From a virus (lineage: Duplodnaviria; Caudoviricetes), in the IMG/VR virus record IMGVR_UViG_3300044983_000039, positions 1-41,481 of that record: 41,481 nt of DNA; one strand, 5' to 3'. The notes beneath the pieces were generated by a model, which worked only from the letters and a program-made list of their open reading frames with translations, did not search any database and had not been told where the DNA came from. How positions within the stretch are numbered: position 1 is the first letter of the stretch; every line of letters starts with the position of its first letter. Positions 1-9,368 of this stretch are shown one piece after another. Made by a program: the position numbers and the translations under genes.

Positions 1-28
1 GTTTCGAGTATTTTTTTTCGCGATAATG
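1..28. repeat. Terminal direct repeat (copy 1), circular assembly overlap
   Basis: GTTTCGAGTATTTTTTTTCGCGATAATG is identical to 41454..41481. Confidence 0.95.
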
Positions 29-47
29 TCTATAACCGGGGGGTATA

Positions 48-416
48 ATGGCTAAAAACGAAGGTTTTTTAACTAAGGAAGGTAAGGCAATATTCGAGAG
101 AATTAAGACTCATTGCGTTCAAAATAATATTCTGTTTGAGATAGATGATTTAGAGTTAGCCATGCTTTGTAACTCGTTTGATATGTACGCCGTGAATGCT
201 GAGCTGTGCAATAAGGAAGGAATAGCGATGACGATCATAACCGAGAAGGGTGGCACTTATTCACAGATCAGGCCCGAATACACCGTAATGAAAAACGAGT
301 ACCAGAACATACTAAAGCATTCAAGTAAGTTCGGGCTTAACCCTGGGGATAGGGCAAAGATATTCTCCGGCATGAAGCAAGAAAAGAAGAAAGGATTTAA
401 CCTGAAAGCCAAATGA
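48..416 (+). CDS. terS: Terminase small subunit (P27-like family)
   Basis: C-terminal PEY...KFGLNPGDRAKI motif typical of P27-type TerS; upstream of terL. Confidence 0.85.
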   Translation: MAKNEGFLTKEGKAIFERIKTHCVQNNILFEIDDLELAMLCNSFDMYAVNAELCNKEGIAMTIITEKGGTYSQIRPEYTVMKNEYQNILKHSSKFGLNPGDRAKIFSGMKQEKKKGFNLKAK

Positions 417-523
417 AAAAAGAAATCCATACTCAATTCTATTTCGGCATCGGCTTAGGCTTTGTTAGCCAAGACGGGATAACGGTTATTGTTTTACCAT
501 TCGTTATAATTTTCTTTGAATGA
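413..523 (+). CDS. Small hydrophobic protein (36 aa), not in ORF track
   Basis: MKKEIHTQFYFGIGLGFVSQDGITVIVLPFVIIFFE; ATGA overlaps with both neighbours. Confidence 0.55.
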   Translation: MKKEIHTQFYFGIGLGFVSQDGITVIVLPFVIIFFE

Positions 524-789
524 CAGAGCCAACCGTAACGATGACATTGACCCAATTCAAGGAATTGGAATCAAATGCAGAAGCCTTAAGAGCAATATTA
601 CTTGATAAGGATAAATTTTCATTTGTTCAAACATATCGAGGAATGATATTTGTAAAAAGTCCTGATCATATTAATGAGGAGTTGGTTAATCAATTAAAGG
701 AAGCAATTGATTTGCGGGATCATGCAATTAAAGATAAGAATCAACTTATCCAAAATTGGAAGGATAAACACCCAAAAGATTTTAAATGA
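520..789 (+). CDS. Hypothetical protein
   Basis: 89-aa ORF, ATGA-coupled to terL. Confidence 0.7.
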   Translation: MTEPTVTMTLTQFKELESNAEALRAILLDKDKFSFVQTYRGMIFVKSPDHINEELVNQLKEAIDLRDHAIKDKNQLIQNWKDKHPKDFK

Positions 790-2516
790 GTTTAGCAGAA
801 GCCTACGCCAATGAAGTAGTATCAGGTAAACAGCTTGCGGGTGAATTAGTCCAACTTGCTTGCAAAAGATTCATTTCGGATCTTAAAAGAACTGATATTT
901 ATTTTGACGAGGAAGAAGCGAATAAGATCATACTATTCGCAGAAAACTATTGTTGTCTGTGGGAAGATAAGTGGCGCGGACAACCTGTAGATGTTAGACC
1001 ATGGATGGCATTCTTATGGCAAAATATTTATGGCTGGTTTAAAAAAGATGGCACACGAAGATTCAAAAAAGTTTATATCCAGATTGCGAAGAAGAACGCA
1101 AAGACTACGATTGCAGGGGTTACAGCTAATTTTCACCTATTTGCCGATGATAGAGTCAACACTCCTAAAATTTTTGTAGGAGCTAACAATGAGGATCAGG
1201 CAAAGATTTGCGTAAACATTACCGGGAAGATTATCGAACAAAGTCCTGAATTATTTTCCTATGTGGATGACGGCACGGTTAATCTTTTCAAGTATAAGGA
1301 GAATATTGTAAACATAGTCCATAAAGAACGGGACGGGTTTATTAAGGCTCTATCAAAAGAATCGGGAGATAAGACATCAACACAGAGCGGAGGTAAACAC
1401 GGGATTAATCCGTCATTGGCTATAGTGGATGAGTATGCTTTAGCTGCTACCGATGATCTACTTAATACATTAGAATCAGCGCAAGCAGCCAGAACGGAGC
1501 CATTAGTATTTGTTATTACGACTTCAGGTTTTAATAAGCATGGGCCATGTTATACCAAACTTAGGTCTTCAGGAATCAATGTTCTTCGCGGTACAATGGA
1601 GGATGATTCTTATTTTGTTTTGATCTATGAACACGACAAAGTTAAAGACGATAAAGGAGATTTAATAGAAGACGAATACAAGGATGAAACGATGTGGGTT
1701 AAATCTAATCCTAACATAGATGTTAGCGTTAACCGTGATTTCTTAAGAGGTCGTTTACTTGCGGCAAAGAACGAAGGAGGAAGTAAAGAAGTAGATGTAA
1801 AGACTTTGAATTTTAACATGTGGGTCGATGCACCTACAACTTGGATAAGTGCAGACATTTGGAATAAAAACACTCATGGGATCAAACTTGAATCACTCAA
1901 AGGCCGCGAATGCTTCGGAGGACTTTATACCGCATCGACAGAAAGCGTTAATGTGTTTATACTTTACTTTCCAGATGTTGACGGTAAGCATGTTTTTTAT
2001 TGTCACGGATGGTTACCGGAAAAGTTTTCTTTAAAGAATGCCGATAAGATTGATTATCAAAAATGGATAGACGAAGGATACATTACTGTTACTCCAGGTA
2101 ATACAGCCGATCATAAAAGAATGAGCGCGGATGTTTTAAAACTTTGCCAAGAGTACGATGTGTTAGTAGTAGGTTTCGATAAAACATTTGGACAATATGT
2201 AGCTCCTGACTTAGAAGCAGAAGGTATTCCGGTAATGGAAATTTATCAGGGATTTAATAACTTAGGCCAACAGACAGAAGAGTTCAAAAGGCTTGCGTTG
2301 AAAGAACAAATAGAACACTTTGGAAATAAAGTAGTGGGCTGGCATATAGCTAATACGGTAACGCATAGGAATAGTGACGGATTAGAGAAGCCAGACAAGG
2401 CCGCAAGCGGGTCGAGGATAGGGAGTGTTAGCGCAATACTTAACGCAATGGTAGCGAAATTTAACTACTACTCAGAAGGAGTTATGACAGACATGGAATT
2501 TACTTCATTGAAATGA
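786..2516 (+). CDS. terL: Terminase large subunit (HK97/Terminase_1-like)
   Basis: Walker A-like IAKKNAKT, Walker B AIVDEY, coupling motif ITTSG, WVKSNPN motif, 576 aa. Confidence 0.95.
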   Translation: MSLAEAYANEVVSGKQLAGELVQLACKRFISDLKRTDIYFDEEEANKIILFAENYCCLWEDKWRGQPVDVRPWMAFLWQNIYGWFKKDGTRRFKKVYIQIAKKNAKTTIAGVTANFHLFADDRVNTPKIFVGANNEDQAKICVNITGKIIEQSPELFSYVDDGTVNLFKYKENIVNIVHKERDGFIKALSKESGDKTSTQSGGKHGINPSLAIVDEYALAATDDLLNTLESAQAARTEPLVFVITTSGFNKHGPCYTKLRSSGINVLRGTMEDDSYFVLIYEHDKVKDDKGDLIEDEYKDETMWVKSNPNIDVSVNRDFLRGRLLAAKNEGGSKEVDVKTLNFNMWVDAPTTWISADIWNKNTHGIKLESLKGRECFGGLYTASTESVNVFILYFPDVDGKHVFYCHGWLPEKFSLKNADKIDYQKWIDEGYITVTPGNTADHKRMSADVLKLCQEYDVLVVGFDKTFGQYVAPDLEAEGIPVMEIYQGFNNLGQQTEEFKRLALKEQIEHFGNKVVGWHIANTVTHRNSDGLEKPDKAASGSRIGSVSAILNAMVAKFNYYSEGVMTDMEFTSLK

Positions 2517-2722
2517 AACCACCAATAAGATTTATTACTAAAGATGAATTATATTCAATATGGATGGATAATTGTTTTTTAAATCCACACACATTTTATG
2601 CACGATTTGAAACTTTATTGGATCAGGTTAAAAAAGAAAATTTTCATCCAGTAACATATTCAAATTATGGTAACAATATTCACCAAGAAACATTTAGATT
2701 AATTAATCCGAATGATTATTGA
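2513..2722 (+). CDS. Hypothetical AT-rich protein
   Basis: 69-aa ORF coupled to terL stop. Confidence 0.6.
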   Translation: MKPPIRFITKDELYSIWMDNCFLNPHTFYARFETLLDQVKKENFHPVTYSNYGNNIHQETFRLINPNDY

Positions 2723-3016
2723 ATGAAAGTCATTAAACTAAACCGAGCGAAAAGAACAGGATATAAAGGAAAGAGTGATCCATATTATCAGAGTAAAGCA
2801 TGGAAACTTTTAAAGGGCGCTGCTGAGTCACAACTATCAACACTGTGTCCAATGTGCCAAGCTGAAGGAGTAACAAAAGAAGGGGATGTTTGGGATCATG
2901 TAGAGCAAAGGAAACTCGGAGGTATTGATGATTTAAAGAACCTAAGAAAATTATGTTTCCATCATGATGCAGTTAATAGGGCAATTCAATCTAAAGCAGC
3001 GAGGGCAATAAAATGA
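2723..3016 (+). CDS. HNH endonuclease, HK97 gp74-like terminase partner
   Basis: YYQSKAW, CPMC, WDHV..RKLGG..NLRKLCFHH. Confidence 0.85.
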   Translation: MKVIKLNRAKRTGYKGKSDPYYQSKAWKLLKGAAESQLSTLCPMCQAEGVTKEGDVWDHVEQRKLGGIDDLKNLRKLCFHHDAVNRAIQSKAARAIK

Positions 3017-3174
3017 AATCAAAATTTATGCAGAGGTTAGAAGAAACCTATCCTCATTTAAAGAAAGAAGAAAAATTACACACTCCTAAAAATTGGATCG
3101 CAGGATTAATTACAATCGGTGTGCTTATCTCACTAGCTTTTATTTTAGGCCATTTCATTATTAAATATTGGTAA
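3013..3174 (+). CDS. Small membrane protein (53 aa), not in ORF track
   Basis: MKSKFMQRLEE...WIAGLITIGVLISLAFILGHFIIKYW; ATGA and TAATG overlaps. Confidence 0.6.
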   Translation: MKSKFMQRLEETYPHLKKEEKLHTPKNWIAGLITIGVLISLAFILGHFIIKYW

Positions 3175-3860
3175 TGAATCCAGTTATACTAATAGCTATG
3201 TACGGTAGAAAGAAATTAGTGCAAACTAATCTCGAATTACTACAAAAACAGAAATGCACCGTAGTGGTTATTACTTCTTCTGATTCAGATTATCTTTTCA
3301 TCCGCGACTTGGATATGGATAACGTTCATTCATGCGTTGCACCTAACCAGCCGCTCGGTACAAAGTGGCAAATAGGAGTCGATTACTGCAAAAATATCAA
3401 TGCTGATCCTTTGATTATTCTAGGATCAGATGATTTTTTAAGCTCAGGATTCGTGGAGCAAGCCGTTAATTACAAAGAGTTGGATATTATTTTTTTCACT
3501 CAATGGCACATTCACGATTCTTTAAGCAAGAAAGATTACTTTCTGAGGTATAAAAACTTCTTCGCTTTGGGTTCAGGAAGGGTTTTTTACAAAAGATTCT
3601 TAGATAGAAACAATTGGATAGTGTTCGACAAAGATAGAAGCCGATTACTTGATGATTACGCCTTTGATTCGATCAAGTATTACGACAAAGTACTAGTGAA
3701 CCCACCAGGAATGAAGTTACTTTCAATAAAGGGAGCATGGGAAGTAATGAACCCGATAGAGCATATACTTTCGGCTTCAGATAAGATTGATTGGTGGCCA
3801 GAGGTAAGTATAGACCATCATTTTGGATACGATAGAAAGATTAAAGATTTATTTCAATGA
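3174..3860 (+). CDS. GT-A fold (GT2-like) glycosyltransferase 1
   Basis: N-terminal VILIAMYGR, NQPLGTKW..G, DxD-like LGSDDFL; start moved to the ATG at 3174 (TAATG coupling). Confidence 0.75.
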   Translation: MNPVILIAMYGRKKLVQTNLELLQKQKCTVVVITSSDSDYLFIRDLDMDNVHSCVAPNQPLGTKWQIGVDYCKNINADPLIILGSDDFLSSGFVEQAVNYKELDIIFFTQWHIHDSLSKKDYFLRYKNFFALGSGRVFYKRFLDRNNWIVFDKDRSRLLDDYAFDSIKYYDKVLVNPPGMKLLSIKGAWEVMNPIEHILSASDKIDWWPEVSIDHHFGYDRKIKDLFQ

Positions 3861-4351
3861 CACCCGAAAACTTTTACAAAAACTATTCAGCAGATGATAA
3901 TATGTCTGATCTGAGTTTCAAACTTTACGAACTTATCACAGAATTAAAGCCTATGCATATTTTCGAATTTGGTATGGGCAGTGGGAAGAACTTAGTAGCA
4001 TTCGACATGCAGAAGATTGTAACCTGTGGTTTGGATATTAGCCCTATGAACGTCATCCGCGCGAATGTAAAGAACGAATTGCCTTTTGTTATTATCGGGA
4101 ATCAATACCATCTCGGTCACTTAGCTAATTTCGATGTGGCGTTTACTTGCTCGGTGTTAGATCACATTGAGGATATAGATCAGATAATTATTGACCTAAA
4201 GCGAATTGCCAAGACAGTTTTCTTAGCTGAAACAAATGACGTTCCAAGTAAATTTTATTTCCCTCACAATTATGAATCTTATGGATTTACTAAAATAGAT
4301 TTTGAATGGACTGGACAGGATAACGCAAAATATTTTATCTGGAAATCATGA
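3857..4351 (+). CDS. Class I SAM-dependent methyltransferase
   Basis: Motif [31 protein letters not shown]. Confidence 0.9.
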   Translation: MTPENFYKNYSADDNMSDLSFKLYELITELKPMHIFEFGMGSGKNLVAFDMQKIVTCGLDISPMNVIRANVKNELPFVIIGNQYHLGHLANFDVAFTCSVLDHIEDIDQIIIDLKRIAKTVFLAETNDVPSKFYFPHNYESYGFTKIDFEWTGQDNAKYFIWKS

Positions 4352-4884
4352 AATATACCAACGAAGAACGATTAGCTTACGCTAAAAGCGAGAAAGAGAG
4401 CCGACCATTTAATAACATTCATTCAAGCGCAAGGATTCACCCTACTGCTACAGTTGGAAAGAATGGATTCGGTTATGCTCGCGAATCGGATGGTAGTTTA
4501 ATTAAGATGCCCCACAAAGGTAATATAGTGATTGGAAGGAATGTAGAAATAGGCGCTCATACTTGTATAGATAGGGCTGTCGAAGGATCAACATTAATTG
4601 ATGAAGGAACTAAGATTGATAACTTAGTTCACATTGCTCACGGGGTTAAAATCGGTAAACATTGTCTTATAGTTGCCGGAACTGTAATAGGTGGCAGCGT
4701 TGAAATTGGTGATAGATGTTTTATTGGCATAGGAGCAATGATTAAAAACAAAATTAAGATCGGCAATGATGTAACTGTCGGAATGGGTGCAGTGGTAACT
4801 AAAGATATTCCAGATGGCGAAACGTGGGTAGGGAACCCTGCTATAAAAATGTTCCCACTTGGAATAAAACCGACTGCTAAATGA
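4348..4884 (+). CDS. Left-handed beta-helix N-acyltransferase, LpxD-like catalytic region
   Basis: Hexapeptide repeats; [38 protein letters not shown]; C-terminal WVGNPA. Confidence 0.9.
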   Translation: MKYTNEERLAYAKSEKESRPFNNIHSSARIHPTATVGKNGFGYARESDGSLIKMPHKGNIVIGRNVEIGAHTCIDRAVEGSTLIDEGTKIDNLVHIAHGVKIGKHCLIVAGTVIGGSVEIGDRCFIGIGAMIKNKIKIGNDVTVGMGAVVTKDIPDGETWVGNPAIKMFPLGIKPTAK

Positions 4885-5453
4885 AAATACTAGCTATAGG
4901 GGCACATATCGATGATCCTGATTTCGGATGTGCCGGAACTCTTTACAAAATGGCTCAAAAAGGCCATGAAGTAAGCTATTTAGCTCTTTCCGATTGTGAT
5001 AACCCGCTATTATTAAAAGAAGTTCAGCTTTCATCGGCCATTTTAGGAGTCAAATTACCCGAACTTTTCACCTTCCAGAGGCGTGTTTTCAGCCTCCACA
5101 GGCAGGATATTTTAGATATTTTAATCAAATATCGCGACAAAATACAGCCAGATATTGTCTTTACACATGGTTCTAACGATGGACATCAAGACCATCAAGT
5201 AGTTTATAACGAATCTTTACGTGCTTTCAAGGAACAATCAGTATTCGGTTACAATTTTCCGTGGAATCAATTTCATGAGCCTTGTAAAAGTTTGGTTACC
5301 ATTAAAATTGATATTGAAAAAAAGATAGAGGCACTTTCTAAATACGAATCTCAGAAACATAGAGGATATTTCAATCCTGAATTTATAAGAGCATGGAATT
5401 ACTCAGGGGAAACTTTTGAAGTGATTAGGCTTAATGAAAAACTATTTTTATGA
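4881..5453 (+). CDS. PIG-L/LmbE family N-acetylhexosamine deacetylase
   Basis: GAHIDD (HxDD) and HQDH metal motifs; [12 protein letters not shown]. Confidence 0.9.
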   Translation: MKILAIGAHIDDPDFGCAGTLYKMAQKGHEVSYLALSDCDNPLLLKEVQLSSAILGVKLPELFTFQRRVFSLHRQDILDILIKYRDKIQPDIVFTHGSNDGHQDHQVVYNESLRAFKEQSVFGYNFPWNQFHEPCKSLVTIKIDIEKKIEALSKYESQKHRGYFNPEFIRAWNYSGETFEVIRLNEKLFL

Positions 5454-5941
5454 AAGAAATAATAGTCCATTCCCCAAAACATGGTGATAAGATTGCCTTA
5501 ATTGATGATGAAGATTTTGAATTGATTTCAAAATATCATTGGTGGCGAGGAGGTAAAAATAAAATGTATCCATCTACAACATTAAAAGACACCCGTAAAA
5601 GCGTAATGATGCATAGAATGATAATGAAATTTCCATTAAATATTGTTGATCATATTGATGGCGATACATTTAACAACCAAAAAAATAATCTTCGATCATG
5701 TTCAGTTCGCGAAAATTCTATGAACATTATTACAAAAAGAATAAATAACAAATCTGGATATAAGGGAGTGCATTTTTCTGATAGATTGAATAAATATATT
5801 GCTGAAATTTCTCCAAACAGAAACACAGTTTATTTAGGATTGTTTGATTCTTCAATTGAAGCAGCTAAGGCATATAATTTGGCTGCAAAAAAATATTATG
5901 GTGAATTCGCACGATTAAATGAAATTCCATGTGCGGGTTGA
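5450..5941 (+). CDS. HNH-AP2 homing-type endonuclease
   Basis: ALIDDEDF, MHRMIM, VDHIDGDTFNNQKNNLR, then AP2 SGYKGV...YLGLF...AAKAYN.AA..YYGEFA. Confidence 0.9.
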   Translation: MKEIIVHSPKHGDKIALIDDEDFELISKYHWWRGGKNKMYPSTTLKDTRKSVMMHRMIMKFPLNIVDHIDGDTFNNQKNNLRSCSVRENSMNIITKRINNKSGYKGVHFSDRLNKYIAEISPNRNTVYLGLFDSSIEAAKAYNLAAKKYYGEFARLNEIPCAG

Positions 5942-7455
5942 GCGGCTCATGGAATTTATCGAGAGAGGTTGTTATGAAAATGGCAACTCATCAAATAAGT
6001 CGCGGCCCTGATCGATTGGGTATTGAGGAATGCGGAGAAGTTACATTTTCTCAAAACCGTTTAGCAATCATAGATAAATCAGAGGCGGGTAATCAGCCAA
6101 TGACAAACCCACAAGGAATTTTATCTTACGTAGGGGAGATTTACAATTATTCAACACAATTTTCCACCGATACGGCTTGGGTTTTGGATAAACTAATGTC
6201 AGTTAATGATTACTCACAAGTTTTCAACTCATTTAATGGCATGTGGGCATTGGCTTATTACGATAAATTGAATCAGGAAATAATTCTTTGTAAAGATCGT
6301 TTCGGAATCAAACCTCTTTACTATACTCATCAAAAAGACTTTTTTGCATTCGCATCCACACCGGCTGCAGTCGCTTTAACTAAAAATAACTGGGATATAA
6401 GCCAAAAAGGATTACAAGAATATCTTTCTTTGGGCGCAACAATGCTTCATTCGATGTTTTCCGGCATTGAAGCCGTCCCGCCAGGGCATTATGTAACATT
6501 TAACTGTAAAACCAATGAAGTCAAAGTCAAAAGATGGTATTATCCGAAGTTCATTGAAAATGCCATCGAAAATATCCAGGAAAAGGTTGAAAAAGCTATT
6601 GATAAAGTCAAACTTGCCTGTGATTGGCCCCAAATCATACTCTTATCCGGAGGCATTGATTCGACAATTGTTGGAAGCCGGTATTCTGGGAAATCAGCAA
6701 TCCATTTAGCTTCACCCGAGCAAGAATATGCTCAAAAAGTAGCCGATCGATTCGGTATTCACTTAAATAACGTTCACCCATATGATTTTTCAGTAGAAGA
6801 GTGCCTTTTAGACTACACCTCGAAGTGTGGAGATCCTACGATGGCCGGATTTATCCCTTATATTACGTGTAAAGAGATCAAAAAACTGGGCTTTAGAGTG
6901 GCAATTACGGCTAATGGAGCCGATGAATTGTTCTTCGGGTATGACCGCATGCAGAATAAAAATGAGCAATACAATGCTATTTTTAGGGATTTCCCATTCA
7001 CTTTTGATGCTATTTATAGCGTGACCGACTGGTCAAATGTTCAAATGAATGAAATAATGACCTATTTAGCCTTCGACCTCAACAAAACACTTGATTTTGC
7101 CTCCATGTGTCACTCAGTAGAAGTTAGAGTTCCTTATCTCGATCATGAATTAGTCGAAGCGGCCCTTTCTATTCCCCAGGAAAAGCATATCGCTAAATTT
7201 GGAAACAAAACTATCCTTAAAAAGATGTTGGTCGATCTTGGATTTGATTTTTCATTCATCCACCGGCCAAAGGTAGGTTTCAGTCTTCACCATGAACCAA
7301 GCGATCTTGCAGTGATGAAAAATAAAGCAATGGATTGGTATAATAAAACTGATTATCCTAAATTAGCATCAAATGCAACGGGCCGACAAGAATCTTATCA
7401 CTCAATGACTGTTTTAGGGCTTTATATTTGGTCTAAAATACATGGTAAGTTATAA
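5929..7455 (+). CDS. asnB: Asparagine synthase B-like glutamine amidotransferase
   Basis: Ntn N-terminal MCG, RGPD, RLAIID, DRFGIKPLYY, LLSGGIDS, GADELFFGY, EVRVPYLD. Confidence 0.92.
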   Translation: MCGLSGSWNLSREVVMKMATHQISRGPDRLGIEECGEVTFSQNRLAIIDKSEAGNQPMTNPQGILSYVGEIYNYSTQFSTDTAWVLDKLMSVNDYSQVFNSFNGMWALAYYDKLNQEIILCKDRFGIKPLYYTHQKDFFAFASTPAAVALTKNNWDISQKGLQEYLSLGATMLHSMFSGIEAVPPGHYVTFNCKTNEVKVKRWYYPKFIENAIENIQEKVEKAIDKVKLACDWPQIILLSGGIDSTIVGSRYSGKSAIHLASPEQEYAQKVADRFGIHLNNVHPYDFSVEECLLDYTSKCGDPTMAGFIPYITCKEIKKLGFRVAITANGADELFFGYDRMQNKNEQYNAIFRDFPFTFDAIYSVTDWSNVQMNEIMTYLAFDLNKTLDFASMCHSVEVRVPYLDHELVEAALSIPQEKHIAKFGNKTILKKMLVDLGFDFSFIHRPKVGFSLHHEPSDLAVMKNKAMDWYNKTDYPKLASNATGRQESYHSMTVLGLYIWSKIHGKL

Positions 7456-7678
7456 ACATAATAATAAAGATCTTTATTTGAAATTTCAATTTGGATTTTA
7501 TGAACTTCTTTGGGCTGTTGCTCGAGAATTAAGATACAAAAGAAGCGATCAAATGGATTTAACCAATTTTCATGAAATACCATTTGAAGAATTTAGAAGA
7601 TGGAGAATCCATGAGGTATTTTGGGATGGTGATTATAAGATTAGTAATTTTGAAATGGTTCAAATCTATAATAGATGA
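7442..7678 (+). CDS. Hypothetical protein
   Basis: 78-aa ORF overlapping the asnB end. Confidence 0.55.
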   Translation: MVSYKHNNKDLYLKFQFGFYELLWAVARELRYKRSDQMDLTNFHEIPFEEFRRWRIHEVFWDGDYKISNFEMVQIYNR

Positions 7679-7887
7679 TAGAGAATGGAATGAACATGAG
7701 GACTTCCGACTTCATAAATCTTTATGAGAAAAACCTTTCGGCCCAAACTTCTAATAAAAAAGCTTACGAAAAGGCTGAAAATATTCATAAAGAACTAACT
7801 GGACATACTCGTTATAGTGGGTACGATAGTTTCAAATCAGTCAAAAATAAGCGGGTTAAATCAAAAAGGGGAAAGTCTACCCATTAA
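7675..7887 (+). CDS. Small basic protein, possible late transcription regulator
   Basis: Basic C-terminus, RYSGYDSF motif, last gene before the portal leader; function inferred from position. Confidence 0.5.
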   Translation: MIENGMNMRTSDFINLYEKNLSAQTSNKKAYEKAENIHKELTGHTRYSGYDSFKSVKNKRVKSKRGKSTH

Positions 7888-7907
7888 TTCACAAAAATAC
7901 TTTAGTC

Positions 7908-7939
7908 ATTTGTGTGACCGTATAATCGGTTACGCAAAT
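7908..7939 (+). promoter_or_regulatory. 13-bp hairpin directly before the portal start codon
   Basis: ATTTGTGTGACCG-TATAAT-CGGTTACGCAAAT, two G:U pairs on the + strand. Confidence 0.55.
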
Positions 7940-7940
7940 A

Positions 7941-9368
7941 TTGAAACAAGCATTTTTACAGAAATTTGTTAAAAATGTAATTTGGAATTCGGAATCCACC
8001 GATCCAAGAATAGAACAATTATCACAAAAAATTTCGGAGCTAGAAAAACGTGATTCAAACACGGTTAATCTTGAAAATCCGAACGTTCCTTTAGACGGAT
8101 TCACACTTTCACAAGTTCTTTCCGGCCAACGCCCTTCGACTTCAGGTGTTTTAGTTTCCCCTGAGAATTCACTTAGACTTTCGGCTGTTTGGAGATGCGT
8201 AAATATTCTTAGCGGGATAATTTCATCTTTCAAGTGCCGTCCGTACTTCGAGGACGACAAAGGCGCGCGGACTTTAGCGAAAGATCATCCTACGTACAAA
8301 CTTTTCAGTAAGCGCCCTAATCCACTTTACACAAAGACAGTGTATTGGGAGCGTGCCGTCACTCATTTGCTACTAAGAGGCAATCATTATTCAGAAATTG
8401 TTTACGGCAAAAACGGAGTTGACATCGATCACTTCAATATCATCCTGCCTACACTTGTAAAAGAGATCAAGTTTTACAAGAACAAGCTTTGGTATACAGT
8501 AACAGGGTACGATGCTCCTATCCCTATGGAAAGGATGATCCACGTCCCGCATTTGGGTGAAGATCCAATTTCTGGCAAGTCTGTAATCACCTACGCGCGC
8601 GAAGATTTAGGGATGGAGATGGCCCGTAGGGATCAGGGCGGTAGGTTCTGGCAAGATGGAGGTAAAGCTCAGGGTCTTTTGATGCCGACTAATAAACTTA
8701 CGGATACTCAAAAGGCACAAGCAAAGCAAAACTTTAGAGAGGCCAAGCGCGAAGGCGGAGACGTTATTTTGCCTTTCGGATTCCAGTACATAAACACCAC
8801 AATGACTCCGGCCGATCAGGAGTTTATCATGTCTGGCAACTTCTCAATAGCTTCAATATGCCGGTGGTTCGGAGTGCCTCTTCATAAACTTTCAGAATTA
8901 GATAGAGCCACTTTCAATAACGTGGAACAGATGGCAATCGAGTTCTTACAAGACACCATTTCACCAATCATAGAGAAGATAGAGAACGAGTATGAGACTA
9001 AGTGCTACACTCTTCCAAGCGAGGACGGTATCGAGCTAGAATTTGATATGAACGGTTATTTACGTGCTGATAGTGTAGCGCGGGCGGAGGCAAACGCATC
9101 GAAAATAACTTACGGTTACATGTCTCCTAACGAGGCGGCAATAGAGGACGGCAGACCTCCAATTGATGGAGGGGATAGGAGATTCATTCAGGGCGCAATG
9201 GTTCCTCTCGACAAAGTAGACCAACAATTAATGAAGGGGATTAGCCAACCTAAAGCCCCAGGAGTTACAGGTAAAAATAATTTCAGTGAAAGCCTAAAAG
9301 AACAAGCGAGAGCGTTGCTTGAGATGGCAGAAATGGAATACAAAACAAATGGGAATGGAAACCACTAA
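7941..9368 (+). CDS. Portal protein, HK97 family
   Basis: SAVWRCVNILS, HLLLRGN, MIHV, ICRWFGVP, NNVEQ, MSPNE...GGD; TTG start uncertain. Confidence 0.95.
   Translation: MKQAFLQKFVKNVIWNSESTDPRIEQLSQKISELEKRDSNTVNLENPNVPLDGFTLSQVLSGQRPSTSGVLVSPENSLRLSAVWRCVNILSGIISSFKCRPYFEDDKGARTLAKDHPTYKLFSKRPNPLYTKTVYWERAVTHLLLRGNHYSEIVYGKNGVDIDHFNIILPTLVKEIKFYKNKLWYTVTGYDAPIPMERMIHVPHLGEDPISGKSVITYAREDLGMEMARRDQGGRFWQDGGKAQGLLMPTNKLTDTQKAQAKQNFREAKREGGDVILPFGFQYINTTMTPADQEFIMSGNFSIASICRWFGVPLHKLSELDRATFNNVEQMAIEFLQDTISPIIEKIENEYETKCYTLPSEDGIELEFDMNGYLRADSVARAEANASKITYGYMSPNEAAIEDGRPPIDGGDRRFIQGAMVPLDKVDQQLMKGISQPKAPGVTGKNNFSESLKEQARALLEMAEMEYKTNGNGNH

Noticed and set aside
1-28. 28-bp terminal repeat as a biological terminal repeat or att site
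   Set aside because: An exact end overlap is what circular assembly produces; there is no integrase, and the terminase type suggests cos ends.
4348-4884. Calling the gene lpxD (lipid A synthesis)
   Set aside because: Too short, lacks the N-terminal uridine-binding region and C-terminal helical domain, and has no lpx context.
5929-7455. AsnB as a lasso peptide cyclase
   Set aside because: It keeps the N-terminal Cys glutaminase domain; no B1/B2 proteins or lasso precursor nearby; neighbours are sugar-tailoring enzymes.
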